Shown: positions 37,701-50,106 of the stretch, piece after piece | How positions within the stretch are numbered: the stretch's first letter is position 1 | Layout of the letters: every line of letters begins with the position of its first letter | Source of the DNA: Bilabrum cf. latius | Lineage: Eukaryota | Direction of reading: 5' to 3' | NCBI GenBank assembly: GCA_965178125.1 | Contig: OZ237754.1 | Span: forward strand, 248,001-312,000 | DNA: 64,000 nt | Position numbers and translations under genes: made by a program | The notes under the pieces: generated by a model | What the model was told of the DNA's origin: nothing | Databases searched by the model: none | What the model saw: the letters and a program-made list of their open reading frames with translations, nothing else

Positions 37701-40700
37701 GGGGAGTCCAGCGCTCGCTGTCGACGTCTATGGCAGCTCACTGGCCTCTGGCAACGCCAGTGATTCCCTGCCAACTGTGATTGTCGGTGGATAGGCCTGC
37801 CCGCGCATTTTCGTGAGCAGCACATCCCACCTGACATGCTCGGGATTGGACACGTCAGCTTGGACGTCCCCAGTCGTATCAGTCTCTATTGGCGGCCAGG
37901 ACCTGGCTTTGCCTCAGGGGTTCGAATACGTCCAGGAACCATCGGTGCTGTCAGCAGTGCCTGCCGTGGGCTTGATGTAGGCCGGCGGTCAGCGTATCGA
38001 GGTGATCGGATCTGGTTTTGGTAAGAACATCAGCGACGTAGCCAACGTGACCATAGGCGCGCATCTTTGCGCTGATGTGGCTCTGGAGTCGGATTCTGTG
38101 CTGCATTGCACGGCGCCCGCTCAGATCGGTCAGGGTCTGGACTTGGTGATCACCAATGCCCTGGGAAGGAAGAGTGACGCCCAACCCTTGATTTCGTACG
38201 CGGGTCCCGTCATCGAACGCGTGTCACCAGAGTACGAGTTTTAGCACGCCGGATCTAGCGGGCTTGGCATCATCCATACGTTCAATACGACGCAGTTCCG
38301 CGTGTTTGGGACTGGATTCGGCTTGTAGACGAGCGATATTCGCTTCGTGTCGATAGGCGGCGTGCCTTGTTTGCGATGGGAGCTCATTACCAACTTTTAG
38401 ATATCCTGCTACGGCACGGAGAGCTCATCTTGGCAGAGCCGAGCCGTCCGGGTGGAGCTTATCTCGGGGCAGGTTGTCACTGCTGATGTCTTCCGATACT
38501 ACGGTCAACCCAGGATCACCACGGTTGATCCAGGAAGGGATACTGTGCTGGGTGGGACAGTGCAGACAGTCGCTTGCACTGGATGCGGCGAGTCGCTGGA
38601 CGACTTGGTAGAGATGAAGGTCGGAGGAAGCAGGTGCCAATCGCTGCGGCTGGATCCTGGCGTCAACTTCACAGTGGGCGAGCCGCTACGCATCGAATGC
38701 ACTACTCCTGCCGGAGTGGGGCGTCAGGTTCCTGTCTCTGTGCTCACTCGTGGCGGTTTAAGGAGCCCGCTAAATTCGCTGTTTTCTTACGATCCCCCCA
38801 CCGTGAGCAGCGTTTGGCCTATGGATGTGCTCACTGGCAGTGTGTCGTACAACTTCAGCATCAATGGAAGCGGATTTGGTAACCTGGCTGCCGATATGGA
38901 TCGCGTAGTGATTGGTGGGAACAACTGCCCAACAATTCGGAGGCTGTCCGTGAACAGCATCGTGTGCATCGGCATTTCGCCCCCTTGGTACGACAATCTG
39001 GTATTCGTGTCGGTTGGTAAGTAGGAATCTGCGAGGGTGCCTACCCTTCGAATCGCGACGCAGCCCGTCGTGCTTGTGGTAGATTCATTGGCGCCTGGCG
39101 GCATCAACTCGATCGACGGGGGCTACAGCGTGGTGCTTACGGGTGATGGGTTTGGCAGCGAGCCGAGGGACATCGTCCAGGTGACTGTGGGAGGGGTTCC
39201 TGCCCCTCATGTAGCGTGGAACAGCAGCTCATTGCTTTCAGTCACAGTTCCGCCTGGCATCGGGCTTGCTCGGCCAGTGGTGGTGGAACGCAGGGACAGG
39301 CTCCGGTCTGCACCGCTGCCATTCTCGTATGCGTAGCCTGAAGTACATAAAACTAGACCGTCGTTCCTTCTCCCAGGGGTAGGCAACGCGACGATTGCTC
39401 TTGTCGGCAGCAACCTCGCCAACTCACCCGCAGACGTGCAACGACTGGCCGTGGGCAACTACCTGTGCCACTCGATCGTGCCCGTGAACACCTCGTACTT
39501 GGAGTGCAACTTGGTGGGCGTTGACCTTTGGACTTCTTCTGCGATCGTTCTGACGGATTCGAGCGGTGCCACTCATGAATTTGAAGGGGTCTTCACCGGT
39601 CTGCCCGAGCCTAGGGTTACGAGGAGCCGACCATCAGTTGCTGCTGCTGGAGACATGGTGCAAGTCATCGGCAGCAACTTTGCGCCGGCTGTGTTCACAG
39701 ATGGAACAACCGTGACAGAAGTGTGGTTTGGCGCTACTCTGAGCCCTTCTTTCATCGTGCTTGACTCGGACACCATCGAAGCAGTTGTGCCTGACGGTGT
39801 CGGCAGCGGGATCCAGGTAGTGGTGGTGGTCGAGTCTGGCAGGCGGTCAGTCCCCCAGTCCATCTTTTCGTATTCGGCGCCGACTCTGCACTCTATTCAT
39901 CCGCTGTACATAATGTCTGGTGAAACGAACATGGCAGTACGCGTTGAAGGGGCCAATTTCGGGTTCAACGTTGCCCGACCCCCTGATGTATGGGTGGCGC
40001 AAGTAGCAGGATCCAGGGAGACGCTGGCACCGTGCACGGGTGACCTGTCGTTCGACCCTGCGGTGCAAGCCGTCAATTGCACGGTGGCTGGTACCGGCGA
40101 CCTGCTCGCAGGTACTGCTGCAATCCGCGTGCGCGTGGGTGGACAGGAGAACGGGTTTCAGACTCTGAACCGCATCGACGTGGTCGGGCGCCCGTCTGTC
40201 GATTTCATCAGTCCCTCCGTTGGCGGCAATAGGGGCGGTGACGCGATTACTTTGACTGGGTCAGGGTTTGGGCGGTCCCCGGACGACGTGGTTTCAGTGA
40301 CCATGGGGGGTGTCACCGTGAGATTGTTTCAGTGGCAGGCGCCGACGCTGGTAACAATGCAGACTCTACCAGGCGTAGGTCCCAACATAGGCATTGAGAT
40401 CACTACGCGGGGTGGACTTACAAGCAGCATCAATTCTGCGTTCTCGTATGAGCTTCCTGAAGTTTTCTCCGTGGATCCCCCGTACTCACTAACGGGATCA
40501 TTTCTTAGATCATTCCGGATTTCCGGCACCGGTTTCGGTAACGGCCGGATCGACGTTGACGAGGTGCTGGTCGGAGGCAAGCCTTGTGGTGCCATCGAGT
40601 GGCTGTCCAGCAATGCACTCATGTGCAACGACGTGGACGCGTCATCGTGGGCATCCACCAATGTAGCAGTCACCGTAGGCTCGCAGATGAGCCCAGTCAA

Positions 40701-43700
40701 CGCTTTGTTCGAGGGCCTCGGTGACCCCAGCATTCTGACCATCTCGCCCAGGGTTGAAACCGAGAAAAAGCCCATTCTGGTGCTAGGCGACAACTTTGGT
40801 CGTTCTGCAGCTGATTTGGAGGGTATCTACATCGAAGGGACTCCGTGCCTCAACTCGACTTGGAGGGGCCGCACTGCGGTGGAGTGCCTCGTTCCACCGC
40901 CTAGTGAAGAGCTCATCCGAAGTGCCTTCAACAACAGGAGCGCGTATTTTAATCTCGAGGTGGCCGTGGTGCTTACGAGCGGCCAGAGGAGCGTTCCTAA
41001 TCGCCTGTTTGGGTACGACGGGCGAGGTGACCCTCCCTTCAACGAGCCCTTCGGCGTCATTGGATACCGCGGCATAGACAGCTCTGATACCGTGCAACTT
41101 CGCTGGCTGTTCACCGACTAGGACCTGGAGGGTACCCGCAATATGGATCACTATGATCCGATCGACCGCTTCGCCATCACGACCATAGTCCCTAGTGGGG
41201 TGCTAAGTCGAACTCGCTCCGCGGATGCGACTGCAAATAGCACATTGGACGGCGGGGAAGTGTCAGCTGAGCAACCTGAAGCCGCCCTGCAGTGGAACGT
41301 CGATAAGCTATCGTTAGGCTCCACCGAGGTCGACCCAGACCGCGGGATCTACGAATACAAGTACACCATGGTGGGGTTTGAAGCGAAGCCATACTGGTTC
41401 ATTGTGCAGGCGATCAACAACGCAGGCAGCGGTAACTACTCCGAGCCCTCCAACATGGTGACTGAAAGCTGTGACAAAGACAAATTCCTGCAGACGAATC
41501 GCGATGTGGTGGAGGATGTGGTTTGCGCCGAATGTCCCGAAGGTGCCTTCTGCGCCGGCTTGTCCCACGAGAACGTCACTGCGCTGCAGGGCTACTGGCG
41601 AGTGCCCTGGTCTGAGCATGGCCTCGTGTTCCAGGAGTGCCCCGAGGAGGCCAGCTGTGGGGGGATTGAGCTCAACGAACTAGGGCTGATTGTGCAAGAC
41701 GAAGAAAGCGACGTTATCGAGATTAGGGGCAGTGACGGCGGCGTGCTTCCATCGAACCTGACTTCCGATGATGGTTTTGGTGCCACCAGGCTGCTGCAGT
41801 CCGGCGGTCAGGGGCAGATGGACAGTGGGTTCTTGCACCTTCTGTACATAACTGTGGAGGAACTCAAGCCCGTGGCGCTCCCCGGTGTGGTGCTTTAGTC
41901 GAACGCCGTGGAGCAGTGTGACGAGGGCCACGAGGGACTGCTGTGCACGACGTGCTCGCAGGGATTCACGAGGACCGGCAGCTTTCGCTGCAGGGAGTGC
42001 GCGGACAGAACGTTCATTATCGTGGTCATGGTGCTTATCGTGCTGCTCATGCTGGCAATCGTAGCATTCGTGATCCTCCGCACGCTCAAGACGAAGGAGA
42101 GGGAGGGCAAGCCGGAGGTGATGATCATGAAGATTGGGGTGTCGCACTTGCAGACCATTGCGCTTGCTTCTTCTTTTGATCTGCAGTGGCCTGAGAATGT
42201 GGTGCGATTTTTTGAATCGCTGGACACTGCATCGAGCGTGTCGCCGAACGTGATCTCGGTGGATTGCCTGGTTGACCGTGACTCCATCATTGGGGAGAGG
42301 ACATTCTATCTCAAGACCGGGATGGTGCTGCTGGCCCCGCTGTTCTTCATTGGCGGGATCTCGCTATTCTGGTACGTGCGCTACCTGATCAGGAGCTGCA
42401 CGGCTGAACGCAAGAAGGAGGACTTGATTCGGCAGACTGCAAGCGGTCGCGTCCCAGAGAAGCAGCCGGCTGCAAGCTCTACGGAAGGATCGGGCGGTGA
42501 CTCTGTGAAAGCAGCGCCAAGCAGGCCGCAACCAGACAAGGCAACCTCTCCGATGCTGCAGCCATCAAAATCTACAAGGACTGCCCTGAAGAGGCCGCTG
42601 GCCCCGGCACCTTCCATGCGGTCCGTGGGTGCAGCCACGGTGGGTCCAAGGAGTATCAGGGGTTAGCTGGACGAGACGAAGCGAGGTAGACTGGTCGCCG
42701 ATGTGCTGCGGCGCTCGCAGGCCCGCAAGCTGAAGCCTGCGGCTGCTCAGCAGCGCCGCCAGATGGTGTTGGGGCTTCGTATGCAGTCCTCCCGCTCGAT
42801 GGCCATGCGAGCACCCGTGAAATCAAGGGCGAGGTCAGCAAATCGAGGCCGGTCAAGCCGCCCGCCCCGCCTGGATGTGGGATCGGCTGTCGGTGAGAGA
42901 CGGGTCATCCCCTTGTCGCCTGCCATGTCCTCGCGCTCGTTCGGTTTCGGTCCCTTGTCCCCAGCCGCTGGTCTCATGGCAGCACAGGGCTCCAGCAGAG
43001 GCCTGCGCTATGACCGCGATGTTTCAGAGGAGTACCCATCATCAAAGACAAGCGGCAGCCGGAACGGGCTGGGGTCTGACGATCTCACTGCCGAGCCCTC
43101 GCGAGCCACTGCGTCAATCGCACAAGGTTCTCTGAATCGCGAGAGGGGCTGGTTCTATGACTCGATCGACTCTGACCCGGTGGACGGTGGGGTGCACAGC
43201 TATCCAGTCCTGTCCCCAGATGAGTTCCCCTCGAGACAGTTGGGTCCACCCGCGGTCGATCTAACTGATCTAGACCGAGGGAGCCAGCCGGACGACCTGT
43301 CGGATGCTGAGACGGCCAGCGTCCCCGATAGCGTCGTTGGCCCGAGTCGATCCTCATTTGAGACGAAGGGCAGCCATGAGGGCGGCAGCGGCCTGCAGCT
43401 GCTTCGAGAATCGCGCCGGGCTAGCGGGGACGAGGCGGCGCTGCAGGCAGCCGGGTTCTCCCTGGTGGAGATCGCCGATCTCAAGGTGAGGGCAGCTGCC
43501 ATCAGCACGAAGTCGTCCACCTGGGAGCACACCGTGGACCGGATCCTCGTTTCGTGTATCGTGGTGGGCTTCTTGATCCACTCCACCGTTTCCAAGGCCG
43601 CCCTGCGGCTGTTCACCTGCGTGGATATCGGGGGCGTCGTGGAGGACGCGAGGCTGGAAGACACCGAGGCGGGAACACAGGTGGACCAGGCGCCCCAGCG

Positions 43701-44838
43701 CAGCGTGCTTCTGTACGACATGGACGTGACATGCGACAGCAGGCTCAGCTTTGCAGCTCAGTACTTTGTCGGCATGCCATTCTTTGCGCTGTACTCGGTT
43801 GGTGTTCCCGTAGGGGCTGGCCTGCTCATGTGGTACATGCGGGACCGGTTGGACGATCCACAATTCGGCAGGAGGTTCTACTTTTTGTTCGCAGGGTTCA
43901 AGACTGAGGCGGCATACTGGGAGAGCGTGGTGGCTCTGCGCAAGGTGGGCATCGCGGTGATCTCCGTGTTCCTGCGGCCTTACGGCATTGATGTGCAGAC
44001 GTACTGCGCGCTATTGCTGGTCTTTGTGGCGGCTGGGCTGCACGCCCGCGTGTGGCCGTACACTAACCCTGCCTTGGATCTGCTCGAGATGCTGTGCTTG
44101 TGCACGCAGTTCCTGACGCTGTACTGCGGTCTGTACCTGATTTCGCCATCGGTGGGGGAGTGGGGCAAGGAGGCAGCGACGTCGTGCCTGCTGGTGGCCA
44201 ACATCGTGTGCCTGTCTGCCATCGGAATCATGTTCTTCCTGAACAGTCTCAACCGTTGCATGCGCATGGTTAGGATCCTAAACGAGGAGGGCACGAGGCT
44301 GTCGTGCTGCGGTCTTGTGGCCCCTGTTCAAGACGAGGACGGAGCCGCGCGGAAGCGGCTGAAGCGTGCCATGTCCAGCAAGGAGACGCAGCTGAGGGCC
44401 CTCCCCACCACTGCCCCAGCGGCCCTGCCCATGCCTCCCACCGCGTCTGCTCCAAGGCGAAGGCTTCGATCCACCTCGACTGAAAATGATGCCGAGGATG
44501 CTAGAGCAGAGGTAAGCCAGGAATTGAAGGTCGGGTCCGGCGAATGTGCCGCTGCTCGTTCGCCTGGTCTGGGTCCCGTGTCCGATGCCTTGGGCCCAGG
44601 CCAGCCAGTGCCAGCGGCTTCATCTACGATCCGGGAGAGAGGCTTTGATGACACGGCCACTGCGGTCACCACGAGCTCCACTGCTGGTGCTGGTACTGCT
44701 GGGGATGATCAAAGCGTAAGTGGGGTCCGAGGGGTTGCGGCAGCGTCCGTCGCCTCAAAGCATTCGTTGGAGAGCCAGTTCCGGGCTGATGCGATGAGCG
44801 TCGACGATGACGCTGCAAGCATGAGGTCCGAAGTGTGA
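31762..44838 (+). CDS. Giant cell-surface receptor-like protein, copy B (paralogue of 11366-24076): Gly-rich domain, IPT/TIG array, FN3-like, Cys-rich, multi-pass TM; ~4358 aa with TAG=Gln
   Basis: All long + strand track ORFs from 31708 to 44838 share one frame, with 19 in-frame TAG and no TAA or TGA. Signal peptide MFPAISIVSLAMWASLIYQGSS. Collinear with copy A. Ends at TGA 44836-44838. Confidence 0.9.
33421..34173 (+). repeat. Near-identical inverted repeat tract (~750 bp) matching ~21710-22462
   Basis: Nucleotide sequence almost identical on the opposite strand (YKAPEATSWSTSQ...GGTASVFN), including a shared TAG at 34057/21824. Flanks diverge abruptly. Confidence 0.93.
41872..44266 (+). 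repeat. Near-identical inverted tracts in the TM region: ~41872-42395 vs ~13661-14184, and ~43283-44266 vs ~11833-12811
   Basis: Translations are identical over long stretches (EQCDEGHEGLLC...FWYVRYLI; QPDDLSDAET...FLNSLNRCMR) and are separated by a divergent cytosolic insert. Confidence 0.9.
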
Positions 44839-45296
44839 GCATCTGCAACTAACCAGCCTGCCCATCCGTGACTCAGAGTCAGTATGAGTGGGTCCGTGTT
44901 TGTGGCAGTGCTACTAGTGGTGAATTCATCAAGACGGCTTGCCGTTGTTTGTCCCGAGGCGCTTCTGCCACCTTACGGTTGCGGAACCTTGCGGAACAAC
45001 AATGATTCACATTTGCGGTAGATACTGGCACTGATATATGTTTTGCTTCAATGTCTGTGCGTTCGATTTGACCAATCAGATTGGAGTGGCTGCCAGATTT
45101 GCAAAACTGGCAGTTGCAGTTCACACTAGCAGCTCACAGCGATCAATGCCGCGGCGTGTAGCAATAGCAATTCATTTCATTCAATTCCGTTTTCGTTTCA
45201 ATGCCCTTCTCTTCAATAATAAAAATACTCCGTTTTTTGTAACGCTTGCCTCCAGCAAACACATGATCGCACTTGGATCGTTGTCGAAGGATGTCA

Positions 45297-46862
45297 TCAC
45301 ACCGGCACTGCGGCACGAGTCGTATCCTCATCCTTCCGGGATCCATGGCCTCGCACAGCGATAGCTTGAGTCTTCATGGCAACTGAGCGATGAGTGAGGC
45401 GGGTAGACTCAGAAACAGCCGAGTGCCCGCCGTCGCTGGACACGGCGTACGGGGCGCCGGGGTGCCCTTCAGCCGCATCGGCCACCTCAGACATGTCCCA
45501 GTTGCGCTCATCTTCGTACAGACCGGCCCCAGCCTCGCTGTCCCCGGTCACGGGCCCGAAGACGTCCAGCCGGATCACGGCGCCGGTGAACAGTCCGCCA
45601 CCGATCGCGAACAGCAGCGTCAGAGCCAGCGCAGCGACCTGGAACCCGGCCTGTTCCCCGGCGGAGCGCCCCTCCCCGTCCTCGAGCCTCCCGGCCCAGA
45701 TCGTGGTGAGGTCAGTCCCGTACGAACTCTCCGTGGCGGCGGCTGCGGCGATTGCACCGGCCATGCCGCCCATGATCCCGGGCATGCCGTGCAAGTTGTG
45801 CACACCGCAGGTATCATCCAGGCCAAGCGATGCCGCCAGAAAGGGCGAGATGTACACGTAGCCCACCACTGAGAGGCATCCGGCCAGGAAGCCGATCGCG
45901 ATGGCGACGCCGGGCCCGACGAGCAAATCGGCCGCGGACCCGATGGCAACCCCGCCGGCGAGCGTGGCGTTCTGCACGTCCTCCATCGATAGCTTGCCTC
46001 CGCGCAGGACCCTGGACACCATGAACGCAGCGATGCAGCTCCCGGCGATCGACAGGATCGTGTTGACGAAGACTCGCTCCTGCGCGGCTCCAGTGGCGAG
46101 TGCGCCGTTGAACGACGGCCAGAACATCCAGAGAATCATCGTTCCGAGCATCGCGAACGAAGAAGCGGCCTTGGATGTCTGCGCCTCGTCGGTTGCATCT
46201 TCCTGCTGGGCACTAGCAGCCTATGCCGCGCTGGCCGCTCGCTGCTTGGACAGGTGCTCGGCGCTTCCAATCATGAATGAAACGGCGAGTCCAAAGTATG
46301 CACCAAACGTGTGCACAAACATGGATCCCCCCACGTCAATTGCGAGGAACTCGCCGGCCCCGAAAGCCTCGTTGAACGCATAAAAGATAAGCTCCAGGAT
46401 CATCATCACCAGAAGCTGCGTTGGGCTAGTCCGACCCAGGACCGCACCAAACGAGATCAGCACAGCACCAGCAGCAAAGTCTCCGGTAATAAGATCGTAC
46501 ACGCTGAGGTTGTGAACCGTAATCGCTTCTTGGGCGACGACGGAATGCGCGAAGTGGTTCACCAAAATACTCCACTGAATGCTCATTGCGCTCAGCAAGA
46601 AGGTCATTCCCAACGAGGTCCAAGCATACCTTGCCAGGAAACACATCAAAAAGCCAAACCCAAGGAAGATCATCGAGTTGACGTCCTGGTACATGGGGTA
46701 TGCTACAAGAGAGGCGCCGGCAGCAGCCGACCCAGCGTCTTGGTAGTCCGTGCCAATAATGTACAGCACAATCATGAGGATCTCGAACGCCAAGATGATT
46801 GTAGAGAATAGGTACGCATTGTCAGACGAAGGCAGACGCTTGACGTCTTGCGGGGCCATCAT
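45297..46862 (-). CDS. Rh-type (Rh50) ammonium transporter, Amt/Mep/Rh family; 521 aa
   Basis: YPMYQDV..MIFLGFGFLMCFL, DVGGSMFVHTFGAYFGL, GTMILWMFWPSFNGA, QNATLAGGVAIG, DTCGVHNLHGMPG. The two halves are in frame across a single TAG at 46221. Ends with tandem TGA TGA. Confidence 0.93.
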
Positions 46863-47009
46863 TCTAGTTGCAAGAGAAGTGCTGTTCGTTGAGTCTGGTT
46901 AATTCGGATGGTGGTGCGAGTCAACACGCTACCGCTAGGCGCCTCACCACCACAGAAAATCACCTTGCATATAACCCGTACGACCAGCCAATGCCTCGGC
47001 CAAGAAGCC

Positions 47010-48050
47010 TCAATCAAACATCGTCCTGAACGTGTCCACCATGGCCCAAAAATCCCTCACAATCGGCCAGCTAGAGTTGGTCAGGTGGTGCGAATGCGCG
47101 GGGGCTCGCCGAGCCGCCGTCGTCGTCAGAACGGCCTTGGCAGACCCGGGTGGGAGCGGGTTCACGCCCACCGAGCCAGAGCGATGCCTCTGAATGTCAG
47201 CCGTAGAACCCACGCGAACCTTCTGCGCGGCAAACAGCTCCCGCACCGCCGCCACATCGCGCTCAAAGGCGGACTTCCCGGCCGCCGCGCCGTGGATGGT
47301 CACCTCGGCCGTACCTCCTGCAGACGCCTTGCTGCTGCCGGGAGGAAGCGGGTCGGCCTCACTCGCCCCAGCCCCGGCGCCGCCTGCCGCCGCAGACTTG
47401 GCAGGATCCCTGGGCTTAGGCCTCTGCGCGACGGAGAAGAGCTCCCGCATGGCCCTGAGATCCTTCTCGAAGGCCGAGGACTTGCCACTCGCGGCCGGAG
47501 GAACGAGGATGATGCCCTCGTCCGAGATGGCCCTCCTGAGCTGCTGCTCTGGAGGCGCCACCATTACCTCCCTATCCGAAGCATGGCTCCCCTCCGCCCT
47601 CCTCCTCAGGATCCTCCGCCCCTCGCCTAGGAGCTCACGGAAAGCAGCCAGGTCCCGCTCGAAGGCGGTGGTTCCCCGGCGGCCACCGGAGTGCACGCGA
47701 ACGATCTCGTCGCTCTGATCCCCGCGGCCGCTCGCGGCGTCTGAGGCACCCCCAGCATCGGCCCCCGCCTTGGGGTCAGTCGCCTTGGTGAACCTCTCGG
47801 ATCGGCTCGTGCCGATGACGCTGTCGTCGAGTGCTTTGGCGACCCAGTGGCCTCGCCCTCCCTCAGGCGCGGGAGGCGGGAGGATCGCGAAGGAGCGGCT
47901 GCGAGGCCGCAGTCCCCCGCTTACAAGACCGCCAAGCAGCTCGCGGGTCACCTCGACGTCGCGCTCGAATGCGCTCAGCTTCCTGGGACGCGTGAGGGGG
48001 AGCGAGGCATGTCGCTCGGGCTCCGTTGCAGGCTCTGAAGCACCTGCCAT
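47010..48050 (-). CDS. Uncharacterised 346-aa protein with four SAFERD-x4-REL[LF] repeats
   Basis: Uninterrupted ATG..TGA ORF with GC-rich codon usage and an internal repeated motif. Confidence 0.7.
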   Translation of the reverse strand: MAGASEPATEPERHASLPLTRPRKLSAFERDVEVTRELLGGLVSGGLRPRSRSFAILPPPAPEGGRGHWVAKALDDSVIGTSRSERFTKATDPKAGADAGGASDAASGRGDQSDEIVRVHSGGRRGTTAFERDLAAFRELLGEGRRILRRRAEGSHASDREVMVAPPEQQLRRAISDEGIILVPPAASGKSSAFEKDLRAMRELFSVAQRPKPRDPAKSAAAGGAGAGASEADPLPPGSSKASAGGTAEVTIHGAAAGKSAFERDVAAVRELFAAQKVRVGSTADIQRHRSGSVGVNPLPPGSAKAVLTTTAARRAPAHSHHLTNSSWPIVRDFWAMVDTFRTMFD

Positions 48051-48566
48051 TCTGCCCTGATGTATTGGGCCTAGTATTTACAACACTTTTGGTTGACCTG
48101 TGATCGAAAACGCAGGCAACAAAGAGGCGCACCTTCAACGAATACACCGGTTGAGCCGACTCGAAACAGTCGCAGCTGTATTGATTGTGGCCTTGTCGCG
48201 CAAATTACGGAGTCTTAAATAACATATGAATCGAGAAACATATTTCACGGCACAAACCGCCAGGTAAGCTCCTTGAAGCGCACCCACAGAGAGTCTCGTG
48301 CAAGCGAGGGTGCTTGAGCGATCTTGTTGGTGCCATCCCATCTATGGAAGCTCCAAAGACCACGTGGCCGGAACAGAGATCATAACTTGGGGATATTGTC
48401 TCACGTTTATCGAACAAAGCGCTCTTGCACTCGTCAGATGAAGCTGACAACTGTGTTGACAGCCGCCTGATGGCACCCCAAACTGCAACTTGCGGAACTC
48501 ATCTCTGCCAGTGCGCGGCGCCGCTGTTCAATCCACTGGCAGTTTGACTATTTGCTCGCGAATATC

Positions 48567-49982
48567 ATGAGTGCAGAGCCACCACCGAGTCCCATGCGGG
48601 TAAAGCAGGGATCATTAGATAAATCTGCATCCCTAGAAGCTGCCGCTGCATCTAGTGTGCCCGTATCTGGGAGTGCTGGGGCTGGTGACGGTCTGCCGGC
48701 ACCGAGGTCGCTCTCTGTGCTGCGCGGACTCATAGATGAAACAGATACCAAGCTCGTGGCGTTGCTAAATGAAAGGGCCAAGCTTGTGGTCGAAGTTGGT
48801 CGCGCAAAGGCTCAGAGCAAGACGGCCATTTACGTACCCCACCGCGAGCAGGCGGTGCTACAACGAGTCATTTCGAAGAACTCTGGGCCTCTGTTGGACA
48901 GAACGATAGAAGCAATCTGGAAAGAAATCATGAGTGGAAGCTTTGCGCTTGAGTAGCCGCTTCGGGTGGGGTTTTTGGGGCCCAGAGGCTCCTTCGCGCA
49001 CGCTGCAGCTTCTCGGCAGTTCGGCGCTAGCGTGTCGTTTGAGGACGTTCGAACCGCAGAGGGCGCGTTGAACGAGGTTTGCCGGGGCCATATAGACTAC
49101 GCGGTCTTGCCAATCGAGAATTCCGTGACGGGTGGTGTGGACGACACAATGGACGCAGTGCTGCAGCACGCGAGCCGCGGTGCTCGCATCATCAACGAGC
49201 TCAGGCTGCCGACGAGGCACGCAATGCACGCCCAATGCAAGCCGAAGGAAATATCCAGGATATACGGCACTCCCGAGGCGCTTGGTCACTGCAGCAAGTG
49301 GCTCGCAGTGCAGTTTCCTTCCGTGCAGCAGGTGCCCACGGCCAGCGACGCAGAGGCTGTGGCACTTGCGGCCGCGGGGCGGGATGATCCGGAGCGGCAC
49401 GCGGGGCGCGCCACGGGAGCCAGCCCTCTGTTGCTGCCCGCGACTGCTGCCACCGGCGCTAGCGCGGGCGGGTAGGCTAAACTGGCTGCAGCGGGCGATG
49501 TGGAGGACGAGTCCACAAAAGCAGGATCTGCACCGCCATCCAGTGCACCCAGCTCGTCCACCTTCGCCGCGGTGGCCTCCCCCAAGGCAGGCGCGGAGAT
49601 GGGCCTCCCTGTGTTGTTCCCCGCCACCGACGACGAAGCAGCCCCGGTGACCCGGTTCGTGGTGGTGGCACTGCAGTCCACCGAGCCTTGCGGGCAGGAC
49701 AAGACCTCCATGGCCCTAGAGCTTGGAGATGCCCCCGGTGCGCTGGTGCATGCCCTGAGCCCCTTCGCACAGGCCGGGATCAACCTCACTCATCTTGACA
49801 AGCGCCCTCGCGACTTCAAGGCCAGCGGCGAGCCCTCCACCTACGTGTTCTTCCTGGACGCGTAGGGGCACACCAAGGACAGCGAGGCGCTCAGGGGGGC
49901 CATCGAGGCCGCCAGGAAGCACTGCCGCACCCTCGTTCTCCTGGGTTCGTACCCTATCGCGCGCAGGCTGCTGCAGCCGTGA
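48567..49982 (+). CDS. pheA: Bifunctional chorismate mutase (AroQ)-prephenate dehydratase-ACT (P-protein); 471 aa with TAG=Gln
   Basis: LRGLIDETDTKLVALLNERA...IYVPHREQAVL (CM_2); GFLGPRGSF, LPIENS and TRF (PDT); PGAL...GINLTHLDKRP...YVFFLD...LGSYP (ACT). TAGs at 48954, 49473 and 49863. Ends at TGA 49980-49982. Confidence 0.9.
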
Positions 49983-50106
49983 GAGCGCTTCACAGCTCCT
50001 CCTGTCCTCCAGTCCCGGCCATTGGAATCGCCCCGCCCAGCACAGAAGGGGTGATTTGGTGACGGTAGTGTTGTACGCCTCGGCCCAACGACTGCACCCA
50101 TTCTCA

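Noticed and set aside
11366-44838. TAGs as acceptors of tiny in-frame introns
   Set aside because: Protein motifs run through the TAG without gaps (carrier signature, IPT motifs, CNB domain), and no consistent GT donor lies upstream. The well-supported introns here are 120-170 nt with clear signals.
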